DNA from: Mobula hypostoma
Lineage: Eukaryota
DNA length: 64,000 nucleotides
Direction of reading: 5' to 3'
NCBI RefSeq assembly: GCF_963921235.1
Contig: NC_086097.1
Location: forward strand, 154,940,001 to 155,004,000
The position numbers and the translations under genes were made by a program. Shown here piece after piece: positions 12,706 through 24,739 of this stretch. The notes beneath the pieces are model-generated. The model was not told the origin of the DNA and made no database searches. It was given only the letters and a program-made list of their open reading frames with translations. Numbering within the stretch: the stretch's first letter is position 1; every line of letters begins with the position of its first letter.

Positions 12706-15700
12706 TAGAACATAGAACAGTACAGCACAGTACAGGCCCTTCGGCCCACAATGTTGTGCCGACCCTTAAACCCTGCCTCCCATATAACCCCCCAACTTAA
12801 ATTCCTCCGTATACCTGTCTAGTAGTCTCATAAATTTCACTAGTGTATCCGCCTCCACCACTAACTCAGGCAGTGCATTCCACGCAGCAACCACTCTCTG
12901 AGTAAAAAACCTTCCTCTAATATCCCCCTTGAACTTCCCACCCCCTTACCTTAAAGCCATGTCCTCTTGTATTGAGCAGTGGTGCCCTGGGGAATAGGCG
13001 CTGGCTGTCCACTCTATCTATTCCTCTTAATACCTTGTATTTTTTTTTTATAGGTGGCGCCGGTGACTGGCGACTTTGCGCGAGCTCTCCGGAGCAAACT
13101 GCCCTCTCCACTATCCTATACCCGAGAAACCTTTCTAAACCTCCAATTTAGCAAGATCAAGATCAAAAACACCCTGGCGAAGCTACTGACCCAGCTGGAG
13201 ACCACCGCGCCAGAACTGCTTCTTAAACTCCGGACCGCACCAGGACCCGACCAACGAGGCGCACAACGTTCCCGGAGACCCGCGGTCTAAGACCGTGCCG
13301 GAGAGCTTGCAGACACGGCCCATTCCGACCAGCACCTCTCTGGAGCAGACGACCACACAGAAGTGATGGCAGAGACCTCAAAGGTGCCCCAGACGCTTAC
13401 CCAGAGCGACCATTGTAAAACCCCGCTGGTGGCCATCCACAGTTGCCGGAAGTGAGGCCTCCGCCGCCGACCTCGGAAATCGAGCCCGAGGCTCGACGGA
13501 GTGGAGGCCTCCGCAACTGTGATTCAGCTTAAGGACTTGTTTCAGCCAGGAGCCCGGCCCTCCAGGATTAAGTGTCAGCTTTGGGGCCCGATCCAATCGA
13601 CAGCCCGGGCCCACTGCAGCTGGAAGTGGCAGTGGAGCCTCCCACGTCACTCGGCCTGACCCAGAGCGCCCGACGACACGACCCGCCGATCGATCCCCTC
13701 GGGATGCGTCCACCAACCTCAAAGAGCTGTCAACAACACACTGCACCGATGGAGACCTGGAAAGATGCACTACTTACCGAGGAAGCGTGGGAAAAGACCT
13801 GGGCTGCTGGTCAGATTGAAGCTGAGGGGCTTTCAGGGTCCCTATGTCCACCATCCTACTAGCTAATGTGCAAGCTATAGGGAACAAGGTGGATGATCTT
13901 AAAGGGAGACTCACCTACTGCAGGGAGATGCAGAACTGCTGTGTATTCTGTTTCACCGAGACCTGGCTCTCCCCTGCCACCACCGACTGTGCCATCCGAC
14001 CGGAGGGATTTTCGATCCATCGGATGGACTGCACGGCGTCTTCGGGCAAGACGAGGGTAGGTGGTGTCTGCCTACTGATCAACACTGGTGGTGCTCGGAC
14101 ACAGTGGTACCGACAAGCTCCTGCAGCCCGGACCTGGAGCACCTGTCGGTGAACTGTCATCCCTACTATCTGCCATGGGAATTCACCTCGATCATACTGA
14201 CAGCGGTCTACATTCCCCCCACAGGCAGACTTGGAGTGTGCTCTGAACATATTGTATGCCAACATCAGTGAACTTGAGACTGTAATGGATTTGCTCATTA
14301 CAGTCGGGGACTTTAACAAGGCCAACCTCAGAAAGGCACTGCCAAAGTTATACCAACATGTCTCCTACCCCACTAGAGGCCCGAATATACTTGACCACTG
14401 CTACACTGCAGTCAAGGATGCCTACCATTCCGTCCCACGACCTCACTTTGGAAAATCGGACCATCAGGTTGTACTCCTCCTCCCGGCTTACAAACAGAAA
14501 CTGAAGCGGGAGGTCACGGTGACAAAAGTACGGTCGCGTTGGACGGAGGAAATGGATGAGGTCCTCCATGACTGCTTTGAACCGGTGGACTGGTTAGAAT
14601 TCAAGGACTCGGCAGCTAACCTCAATGAGTATGCCTCAGCTGTCACGGACTTTATTTGGAAATACACGGAGGACTGTGTGTCTCGCAAGACGATCCGGGT
14701 ACTCCCTAACCAGAAACATTGGATGAATTATGAGGTCAAGTCCCTTTTAAAGGCTAGGGCTGTGGTTTTTAGGTCCGGGGATACCAGTCGCTACACGGAA
14801 TCCAGGCGTGAGCTCCGGAAAGCCATTAAGGGCGCTAAGAGGCAATATCAAGCCAAGTTGGAAGCCCAGGCTAACCAAAGGGATGCCAGTAGACTATGGC
14901 AGGGTCTAAATGAGATCACTGGGCGCAAAGAAAAAGCTGGGAATATCAATAACTGTGGTGCTTCTCTTCCTGATGAACATAACATATTCTACGCAAGATT
15001 CAAACAGAAGAGGAGCGTCCCGCTCCCTCCGGATGAACTGGACCTGGTGGCATCGAGATTCATCGTCACCGAGGAGGACGTTAGAAGGGCCTTCCTGAAG
15101 ATAAGTCCAAGGAAGGCAACGGGCCCAGATGGCGTCCCAGGAGGGGTTCTCCGGGCCTGTGCAAACGAGCTAGCTGGAGTGTTTGCTGACATCTTCAACT
15201 GCTCCTTGCTTCAGTCTAAGATCCCCTCATGTTTTAAGAAGGCAACGATAATCCCAATGCTGAAGAAGAGCAAGGTGGTATGCCTGAATGACTGTCGACC
15301 TGTGGCTCTGACATCAATTGCTATGAAGTACTTCAAGAGATTGGTTTTGGCACACATCAACCAAAGCCTACCGGTCAACCTCGACGCTTTGCAATTCACC
15401 TACCGGAGCAACAGGTCAACGGCAGATGCCACCTCTCTGGCCCTACATTCCTCCTTAGAACACCTGGAGAATAAAGACGCATACGTAAGGCTCCTTTTCA
15501 TTGACTACAGCTCTGCCTTTAATACTATTGTTCCAAATAAACTGATTCCTAAGCTCTGGAACTGGTCCTTAGCACTCAGATCTGCAGCTGGATCTTCAAC
15601 TTCCTCACAGACAGGACCCAGGGTGTAAAAATAGGGGACAAGCTCTCCTCTACAATCACTCTGAGCACCAGTGCCCCACAAGGCTGTGTACTCAGCCCCC

Positions 15701-16750
15701 TGCTGTACTCACTGTACACCCATGATTGTGCAGCCAAGTTTCCATCAAACTCAATATATAAGTTTGCTGATGGCACAACAATTGTAGGCCGTATCTCAGG
15801 TAATGATGAGTTTGAGTACAGAAAGGAAATTAAGAACCTGGTGGCATGGTGCGAAGACAATAACCTATCCCTCAATGTCAGCAAGACGAAGGAATTGGTT
15901 GTTGACTTCAGAAGGAGTAGTGGACCGCACGACCCAATTTACATCGGTGGTGCGCAAGTGGAACAGGTCAAAAGCTTTAAGTTCCTCGGGGTCAATATCA
16001 CAAATGACCTGACTTGGTCCAACCAAGCAGAGTTCACTGCCTAGAAGGCCCACCAGCGCCTTTACTTCCTGAGAAAACTAAAGAAATTTGGCCTGTCCCC
16101 TAAAACCCCGACTAATTTTTATAGATGCACTGTAGAAAGCATTCTTCTGGGGTGCATCACAACCTGGTATGGAAGTTGTCCTGTCCAAGACCGAAAGAAG
16201 CTGCAGAAGATCGTGAACACAGCACAGCACATCACACAAACCAACCTTCCGTCTGTGGACTCACTTTACACCGCATGCTGTTGGAGCAGTGCCAGGATAA
16301 TCAAGGACACGACTCATCCAGCCAACAGACTTTTCGTCCCTCTTCCCTCCGGGAGAAGGTTCAGGAGCTTGAAGACTCGTATGGCCAGATTTGGGAACAG
16401 CTTCTTTCCAACTGCAATAAGACTGCTGAATGGATCCTGACCCAGATCTGGGCCGTACCCTCCAAATATCCGGACCTGCCTCTCAGTGTTTTTGCACTAC
16501 CTTACTTCCCATTTTTCTATTTTCTATTTATGATTTATAATTTAAATTTTTAATATTTACTAATTTTAACTATTTTAATATCTGTAATATTTAATATTTG
16601 TAATCCAGGAGTGTGAAGCGCAGAACCAAATATCGCTGTGATGATTGTACCTTCTAGTACCAATTGTTTGGCGACAATAAAGTATAAAGTAAAAGTACCT
16701 CTATCATGTCTCCTCTCCTTCTCCTTCTCTCCAGGGAGTAAAGCCCTAGT
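12706..16750 (-). mobile_element. 5'-truncated CR1 3' end (12706-13038 and 16698-16750) split by the Rex1 element
   Basis: YKVLRGIDRVDSQRLFPRAPLLNTRGHGFKVRG and a (ttctatg)n tail. Nearly identical to the 3' end of the CR1 at 47970-50229. Confidence 0.9.
13039..16697 (+). mobile_element. Apparently full-length Rex1/Babar-clade LINE (APE endonuclease + RT), frameshifted
   Basis: TILLANVQAIGNKVDDL..CFTETWL (endonuclease), [47 protein letters not shown] and NSFFPTAIRLLN. 3' tail aataaagtataaagtaaaagta. Confidence 0.9.
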
Positions 16751-17006
16751 TCCCTTATCTTCGCTTCTTCCGTGTTAGCGAACGTATTATTCTTCCAGAC
16801 CGACTTCTGACACCGTGTTGTGTTTTTCATATTTATACGTACCGTTGGTTAACAATAAAGAATCATACTCTGGAAGAATTAGAACTTTTATTTACAGCAA
16901 CAAAACCAAATCACATTTTTACCAAGCCATGTTCTTGATCATTCTATCATTTCTGCACATGCTCAGAACTCTCTCCAATCACGTTCTGACACATCATATC
17001 ACCACA

Positions 17007-17260
17007 GAGGGCACAGTTCGGAATAGAGCAGAAATAAAGGAGAATCTGTGGAATTCATTGCCCACACAGCTGTGGCAGCCAAGTCATTGGGTTTATTTAA
17101 AGCAGAGGCAGGTAGGAACTTAATTAGTAAGGGTGTCAAAGGTTATGGGGAGATGGTAAGAGAATGGTGTTGAGAGAAAATATAAATCAGCCTTGATTGA
17201 ATCACAGAACAGATTTGATGGACTGAATGGCCTAATTTTACTCCCATATCTTATGGTCTA
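17007..17260 (+). mobile_element. CR1 LINE part 3 (3' end and tail)
   Basis: Continues gaggg-cacag after the Gypsy-2 LTR. Contains NLWNSLP and ends in tcttatggtct. Confidence 0.85.
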
Positions 17261-17304
17261 TCTATAAAGATGTATGAACTTCAGAAAAATAATTCAATCT
17301 TATT

Positions 17305-17615
17305 AAGTAAAGGCATCCGTTAGTCCTGCGAGACCATGGATCTGTGCCTGGAAAGTCTTCACTCTCCACGACAAGGGCAAGGTTGCATGGAAGACCAGCA
17401 GTTGCCCATGCTGCAAGTCTCCCCTCTCCACGACACCAACGTTATCCAAGGGAAGGGCATTAGGACCCATACAGCTTGGCACCAGTGTCGTCGCAGAGCA
17501 ATGTGTGATTAAGTGCCTTGCTCAAGGACACAATACATTGCCTCGGCTGGGGCTCGAACTCAAGACCTTCAGGTCACTAGTCCAATGCGTTAACCACTTC
17601 GCCACATGCCCACAC
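17305..17615 (-). mobile_element. tRNA-derived SINE, full length
   Basis: Pol III A box TGGCGAAGTGG and B box GTTCGAGCC on the minus strand. Perfect 15-bp TSD taattcaatcttatt (17290-17304 / 17616-17630). Second copy at 56294-56616. Confidence 0.9.
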
Positions 17616-17881
17616 TAATTCAATCTTATTTCCATTTTAAATGGATGAATAATTATTCTGAACTACCTTTCACCTAGTTTTGGATTCCCCCATGAGGAAA
17701 AAGTATTTTCTTAATATTTATTTGATCAAGTTCTTCATAATTTTGGTTTGAATAAGATCAGTTCCTATTCTTCTAAACACCAAAGTATCTTGTTCCAACC
17801 TTTTCAACTTTACCCCTTATAATACTTTCATCCCAGGAATCACTTTGGTGTCCCACTGCTTTAAACACACACAAACATACA

Positions 17882-18305
17882 GAGGGCGGAGCTAAGAATG
17901 AAGGCACCTAAAGGCTACATCTTTGCTTGCATTTTCAGAAACAGCTCTATTTCTATCTTTAATATCTCCTTTTTTCCTTTTCTGGGTTCTTTTGAAGACC
18001 CTGACCAGGAGTTACATGCTGACTTCGGTTCTTTGCGGAAATGGGACCTGCTCTCAGGGTCTTACGACCGGCTGCTTTTCGATATGCCAAGGACGTGGCC
18101 TGGAAGACTAGCGCACCTTTAGAATGCCGGATTTTCGTGGCTCTGGAGGTGGGCGGACTTGAGGCCGGTGCCGCCTCCTGGTGTGTTGTGGGAAACGGAA
18201 GATCATAAGCAGCGAGCTGGTGAAACGCGTCACCCCTTTTTCTCTTATTAGGGAGAGAGCCTGTGGTATGTCAAAATACCGGGTGAATGAGTAGTCTTTG
18301 GTTAC
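17882..18305 (+). repeat. Unclassified GC/CpG-rich segment, probably an interspersed repeat
   Basis: Abrupt compositional shift from the AT-rich flanks and no recognisable ORF. Only one copy in the window. Confidence 0.35.
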
Positions 18306-18398
18306 AGAGAGTGAGAAAGAAAATGAGAGAGTGTGAGAGTGAGTGAGAGACAGAGTGAAAGAGAGAGTGAGAGTCAGAGAGAGAGAGAGAGAAAGAGA
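18306..18398. repeat. (GA)n/(GAGT)n-type microsatellite
   Basis: Direct inspection. Confidence 0.9.
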
Positions 18399-18601
18399 AC
18401 AAACAAAGAACACATCGATTTTCAGTGGCGGGGTGGTGTGTTAGTGAGGTTGAGGGGAATAGGTAGAACAAAGGGACTAGCTCTGATAGGGTGAGACCCT
18501 ATCAGAACATTGAGAAGTATAATCTGTGCTGGACCCTTTCACGTCTTCAGATGTTGTTAGTAGACAGTATATCCATTGTTACAAATCAACATAGCTAGTA
18601 T

Positions 18602-21600
18602 TGTAGTCACGCTGATAGGCTACGACTGAAAACAACACACTAGTTGGGTTGAACTGTTTACTGTTTGAATCGGCGCGCGCTTAAGTGCCCGCTCCCAGCA
18701 ACTCCCGCTCTTTGCGGGGCAGAAGCGACATCGGCTTCCGGGCCAAGGTCTGCCCCGCACTCAGAGTCCTCTTGGTTGCTGTTGGCTGCGGGCTCGCCGG
18801 CGACTGCTGGAGCCAGTTCGCTTGAAGCGTGGGCGAGCCGCCACATGACCCCCCCCCCCCCCCAGATCCGGCGATAGGACGTGCAGAGTCCACAGCCTGC
18901 ACACTCTCACTTCTTTTAGGTGGTCGGCCTCGACGTCGTCGGGGCGGTACCGCAACCAGGCGTTCAAGATCCAGATGCGCCGGTTTGAGACAGTCAATGG
19001 TAAAAGTCTCGTCCCGACCACCGATGTCGAGAACGCAGGTCGCTCCATTATGGTGCACCACCTTGTAGAGTCCCTCGTATGGTCGCTGCAGGGGTGGTCT
19101 GTGCGTGCCTCGGCGAATGAAAACATACTTGCTCTATTGTAGGTCCCTGGGCACGAAAGATGTTGTTCCGTGGTAGGATGTCGGGACTGGAGCAAGTGTT
19201 CCAAGCCGCTCCTGGAGTTTAGTTAGGACCCCAGCAGATGTGTCCTCCGGGCCACGGGGTGCTGGCACAAACTCACCGGGAACTGTGAGCGGGCACCGTG
19301 AACCAGTTCGGCCGATGATGCGGCCAGGTCCTCCTTGGGTGCCGTGTGGATACCAAGCAGCACCCAGGGGAGTTCGTCCACCTAGTCTGGCCCTCAGAGG
19401 CGTGCCATCAGGGCCGACTTCAAGTGCCTGTGGAAACATTCCACCAGGCCGTTAGACTGCGGGTGGTAAGCAGTCGTTCGGTGGAGCTGGGTTCTGAGGA
19501 GTTGTGCCAGTGCAGACCACAAAGCCGATGTGAACTGTACACCTCTGTCTGAAGTGACGTGGGCTGGGAGTCCGAATCGTGCCACCCAGGTGGTAATCAG
19601 GGCTCTGGCGCATGTCTCCGCGGCCGTGTCAGCGAGTGGGACAGCTTCCGGCCACCTCGTGAACCTGTCCACCATGGTGAACAGATATCTCGCTCCTCTC
19701 AAAACCGGCAGCAGGCCGACGATGTCTACGTGGATATGTTGAAACTTCCTATGTGTCGGCTGGAAGGGTTGCAGTGGGGCCCTCACGTGCCTCTGGATTT
19801 TGGATGTTTGACAGTGCGTGCATGTCCTGGCCCAGTGCTCAACCTGCTTGCGTAGGCCGTGCCACACAAACCTGTCTGCGATCAGCCGGATGGTCGCCTG
19901 GATGGAAGGGTGGGCTAAACCGTGCAAGGTGTCAAAAACGCGGCGCCTCCAAGCAGTCGGGACAATGGGCCGAGGTTGCCTGGTGGACACATCGCAAAGG
20001 AGCTTCTTACCTTCGGGCCCAATGGGTATGTCTTCGAGGCGGAGTCCTGAGACTGTGGTTCAGTACGCCAGCATCTCTCCGTTCAGCTGTTGTGCCTCAG
20101 CTAACGTCGCATAATCCACCCCCGGAGACAGAGAGTACACTGATTGGACGGAGGTTCATGACAGTGCATCTGCCACTACGTTGTTCTTCCCCGAGATGTG
20201 CTTGATCGTGGTGGTAAACTCCGAGATGTACAACAGATGGCGTTGTTGGCGGCTTGACCACAGGTCCGACATTTTGGCAAATGCGAAAGTGAGGGGCTTG
20301 TGGTCTGTGCAGACCGTGAACTCTCTCCCCTCCAGGAAGTACCTGAAGTGCCAGATGGCAAGGTACAGGGCCAGCAGCTCCCTGTCAAAAGCGCTGTACT
20401 TAAGTTCCGGGGGGCGTAGGTGTCAGCTGAAGAAGGCAAGCGGCTTCCACTGGCCTTCGATGAGCTGCTTGAGCATGCCGCCAACTGCCGCATCGGAGGC
20501 ATCCACAGTGAGGGCAGTTGGGACGTCGACCTGGGGTGGACTAGGAACATGGCATTTGCTAGCGTGTTCTTGGCTTGTTCGAAAGCTGCCGTCGCCTCCT
20601 CTGTCCAAGTGACCTCTTTGACCTTGCCGGACATCAAGCAAAAAAGGGGCCACATGATCCGGGCCACCGAGGGCAGGAAACAGTGGTAAAAGTTAACCAT
20701 TCCAACAAATTGGGCGAATTGGCAGATGGCCTCAACTTTTGCCGGCAGAGGAACAGCTCCATGGCGGTCGATCCGGTGTCCCAAGAAGTCAATGGCGGAC
20801 AGGCCGAACTGGCACTTGGCGGAGTTGATAGCCAGGCCATAGTCGCTTAGGCGGCGGCAGAGCAGGTGTAGATGTGCTAGATGTTCCTGGCGGGAGAGGC
20901 TGGCGATAAGTATGTCATCCAGGTAGATGAACAAAAAGTCCAGATCTCGCCCTACTGCGTCCATCAAGCGCTGGAAAGTCTGCGCCACATTTTTGAGCCC
21001 GAACGGCATCCTGAGGAACTCGAACAGGCCAAAGGGGGTAATGAGGGCCGTCTTGGGTACATCATCCGGGTGGACTGGGATCTGATGATACCCTCGGACC
21101 AGGTCAATCTTCGAAAAGATGCGCGCCCCGTGCAGGTTGGCCGTAAAGTCCTGGATGTGTGGTACCGGATAGCGATCGGACGTGGTGGCATCGTTTGGCC
21201 TCCGATAGTTGCCGCACGGTCTCCACCCTCCCGTGGACTTGGGCACCATATGGAGTGGGGAGGCCCACGGGCTGTCGGAACGCTGCACAATCCCCATCTC
21301 CTCCACCTTGAATTCCTCCTTCGCGAGGCGGAGCTTGTCGGGCGGTAGCCTGCGGGCCCGGGCATGAAGGGGAGGTCCCTGTGTGGGGATGTGGTGCATC
21401 ACGCCGTGCTTGGGGTCTATTGATGAAAACTGTGGCATGATGATAGATGGGAACTACGATAACACTCTGGCGAACTCGTTGTCGGAATAAGTGATGGAGT
21501 CCAGGTGCGGGGCCGGTAACCTGGCCTCACTGAGGGAGGAAGTCTGGAATGTCTTCACATCGACCAATCATCGTCCCTTCAAATCCACGAGCAGGCAGTG

Positions 21601-23159
21601 CAGACGGAGGAAGTCTGCACCTCGCAATGGCTGTGACACTGCGGCCAGCGTAAATGTCCATGTAAAGTGGCTGGAACTGAACTGCAAGGGGATGGTTCTT
21701 GTGCCGTAGGTGCGGATGATGCTGCTGTTGGCTGCCGTAAGTTCTGGTCCTGTTCTTCTAGTTCGGGTATCGTGGCTCGAGGGGGGTACAACACTGATTT
21801 CTGCCCCCGTGTCCACCAGGAATCTTCACCTGGAGAGCTTGTCCCAAATGTAGAGGAGGCTATCACGGCGACCAGCCGCCATAGCCATCAGTGACGGCTG
21901 ATCCTGGCATTTCCCTGGAACGAGCATGGCAGTCAGCAGTGGCGGGCCCTGGAACCCACCATTGATGATAAAAACACCAAGACTCAGAAGTGGTGACGTC
22001 CCTTGGTGTGGGTGCTCGGTGCTCCACTGCTGGGGTGTGAGAGGGCTGGGCTTTCGGCCGTGCCACAGCACTAATTCTGATGGTGGTTCCGCCAATTTGT
22101 TTGCCGCGCCAAAGCATGTCCGTGCGGGTCTCTGAAGTCTTCATCTGCTGGCAGGAGGCGGATGTCTTCTGGCATTTGCTCCAAGAAGATCTGTTCAAAC
22201 AGCAGGCAAGGCTTATGGCCATCTGCCAGTGTTAGCATGTCGCTCATCAGGGCTGATGGTGCGCGGTCGCCCAGGCCGTCTATATGTAGTAACCGCGCGG
22301 CCCGTTCGTGGCGGGAGAGGCTAAACATGCGGATTAACAGGGCCTTGAGTGCCTCATGCTTGTCTGTTGCCGGGGGCTGACGCAGAAAGTCAATAACGCA
22401 GCTCGATGTCTCCTGGTCGAGGGCGCCCACCACGTAGTAATACCTGGTGGCATCTGAGACAACTTGCCTGACCTGGAACTGGGCCTCCGCTTGCTCAAAC
22501 CAGACCAGGGGTTGGGTGGTCCAGAAGGTTGGCAGTTTAAGGGAAACTGCATTCTGCAGAGCTGAGTCGATCATGCTTTTTTTTGAACAAAATTCTTTAT
22601 TACAAATGTCGGTGCTATACAATATTTACAAAACCAGTGACTAACATATTTACTACACTACAAACAGACAATACATGTTAAACCAATATATTGCCATCCT
22701 CATCAATGATGGCATTTACACCCCACGGAGCTCAACGGTCCCGGAACACCTCTACGGTCGCCATGGACTGTGCGTATTCCTTTTCAATGTTCACCCGGGC
22801 ACGAACATACCCCCTAAACATAGCCAGGCAGTCCGCCCGGGGAGAACCTGCTGCCACCCTTTTCCAGGAGCCACGGATGCCGCTGGACCGTCGGGGTCAC
22901 CAATGTAGTCGCGCTGATACACTACGAGTGAAAACAACACACTGACGCGAGCAGGGTTGGGTTGAACTGTTTACTGTTTGAATCGGCGCACACTTAAGTA
23001 ACCCACTCTCAGCAACCCCTGCTCTTTGCGAGACAGAAGCGACGTCGGCTTCCAGGCCAAGGTCTGCCCCGCACTCAGAGTCCTCTCGGTTGCCGCTGGC
23101 TGCGGGCTTGCCGGCGACTGCTGGAGCCAGTTCGCTTGCTGCCTGGGCGAGCCGCCACA
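18602..23159 (-). mobile_element. Gypsy LTR retrotransposon 3, full length, frameshifted (5' LTR 22904-23159; 3' LTR 18602-18845)
   Basis: LTRs are roughly 90% identical by eye, with a perfect TSD gtat. PBS tggtgaccccg and a poly-G PPT. Gag SLKLPTFW, protease FLVDTGAEISV, RT YLDDILIAS, RNase H TVDASDAAVG and integrase HHCC plus DIVG..SDRG..E. Confidence 0.96.
22577..22876 (-). mobile_element. 3' end of a Tx1-clade (L1-group) LINE with poly(A)
   Basis: Minus strand reads RADCLAMFRGYVRARVNIEKEYAQSMATVEVFRDR*APWGVNAIIDEDGNILV*, then AATAAA and A8. Flanked by atgc on both sides. Confidence 0.78.
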
Positions 23160-24039
23160 GTATATGTTTATACACAGTATCAATAAATATACCAGCTTTA
23201 GTTCCTCAATCATTAAAAGCACTTTCGGGAGTGAATATTACATTCATAATTCAGACCAGTGTGTTAAACATCTTAATTTTATTTGCAGTAGGATGCCTTT
23301 GTTTTAGACACTTAGTTCAATAACAAATATTCCTGGTAAGACAAAGAACTGTAAAACACCGAGAAGGCCCTGTACTTCATTTTTAAAATGTTCCACTTAA
23401 TACCAATACTGGGCTCAAATTAGTGCAAAAGAAAAATATTCCGCTTGTTGGAAATCTAAAATAGAAACAATGGATGTTGTAAATACTGGGAAGATCAGGC
23501 AGCACCTGAAGTTTAGAAAACAAAGGTAATATTTCAGGTCAATGAATTCACAACTGAACTACGAAAAGTTGATGATCTCCATGTGGATATTGGGAGAAAA
23601 GTACAGATGCAAGTGGGAGAGTTAGAAGCACATAAGACAAATCCAGGGGAGTTCTAGGTTGAGGAAGCTTTTCATCTCTCTGTAATTTAAAGGCTGTTAA
23701 CCTCTCTTCTCCCAATTACGTCACCTCTATTTTTCCACCAATGCTGCCTTATTGGCAGAATACCGAGAGCAGTTTTCCTTTCATCGGTGGGGGGAGGTGT
23801 GGCAGGGGAGATTTCTGAAGCAGTCTTCAGAGATGTGCAAAGAAATATATGATGCAAGTAGTACAGTGACAGAAGAGATTTCATTCAGTCAGTCTGGATG
23901 AATTTGAACACAGGACAAGTGAGGGAAAAGGACAATGTCTAATACAATATGACCCAGGCTCGCACTTTTTGGATGAATCTTAACCTGGTCAACTGTCAAA
24001 AAGTGAACTGCCTGTTACCAGGTCTGCTCTGCCATTTTG

Positions 24040-24235
24040 ACACTGGCACACCTTTTTGACTCTTACTGCGGGATTGTGATACCATTAGTGCTTACTATCA
24101 TGTGTGTGCTTTGTGCTGTGTGAGACTGTTGGCTCTGTGCTTTGCATCTTGACCCCAGAATAACGCTATCTTGTTTGGCTGTATTCATGAGTATTCATGT
24201 ACGGTTGAATGACAATTAAGCTTGAATTGAATGGA
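24040..24235 (+). mobile_element. LINE (Rex1/L2-type) 3' UTR remnant
   Basis: Ends gaatgacaattaagcttgaattgaa, a tail type that recurs in the window. Confidence 0.5.
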
Positions 24236-24739
24236 AGGTTGGAAAATATTCACTATGATTTCTTCTTTCTCTTGGAGGGGAGATAGCTGTTTTACATCCT
24301 TTTACAATGGAGTTTTCCCTCATATTCACTTTTGACAATAGAAGACCATTCCATATATAGATTCTGTTGTGCTTGCTCGCCTACATCTTCTGATGAGACA
24401 CATCGCCAGAACAAACTGTAATTCAAAATAATCCTTACTCAGTAAAACTACACCAGTCTCAAAACTCGACTCAAACTCACACTCCCACTCCCCAGAACAA
24501 CTATTTAAGTGGTTTACCCCAGTTCAATTGAGTCCTTGATGGGACAACGACCAATCAGCAAAAGCCAGTCTGGGATTGGTTTCAGCTGACCACCAAGTGC
24601 TGATGGTTTTGGCTCGCCATAATAGAGTCTATGCTGGACTTTACAGCATTTCTGTCAGTCTCATTCCCCCATTTATTTCTGTACAAGAATTCTCTCTTGG
24701 GTACCCAATAACTCCCACCCCTCCCCTGGCACCCACCTA

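Larger units (their letters stand above)
6178..17006 (-). mobile_element. Gypsy LTR retrotransposon 2, full length but decayed, with nested insertions (5' LTR 16816-17006; 3' LTR 6178-7670)
   Basis: LTR pair tgttgtg...caccaca. On the minus strand: PBS-like ggtgtcagaagtcg, PPT aaggaaaggaaaa, and gag from 12651 (MEGLQPQPTLQLTGNLAENWRKFKQRF). Also protease FKLDTGAQ, RT (LPFGIASAPEV..SMDNII), RNase H (CDASQAGLGAVL) and integrase (DNGPQF). TSD gaagg/gaggg. Confidence 0.93.

Noticed and set aside
14231..15628. 465-aa ORF as a functional gene
   Set aside because: It is a frameshift-bounded piece of the Rex1 pol, and the downstream catalytic motif is mutated (FADG).
18108..18471. Ser/Leu-rich ORFs
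   Set aside because: They are translations of a GA/TC microsatellite.
20176..21438. 420-aa ORF as an active reverse transcriptase
   Set aside because: It is a Gypsy-3 RT fragment that runs out of frame in the RNase H region. The element has several frameshifts and an insertion at the gag start.
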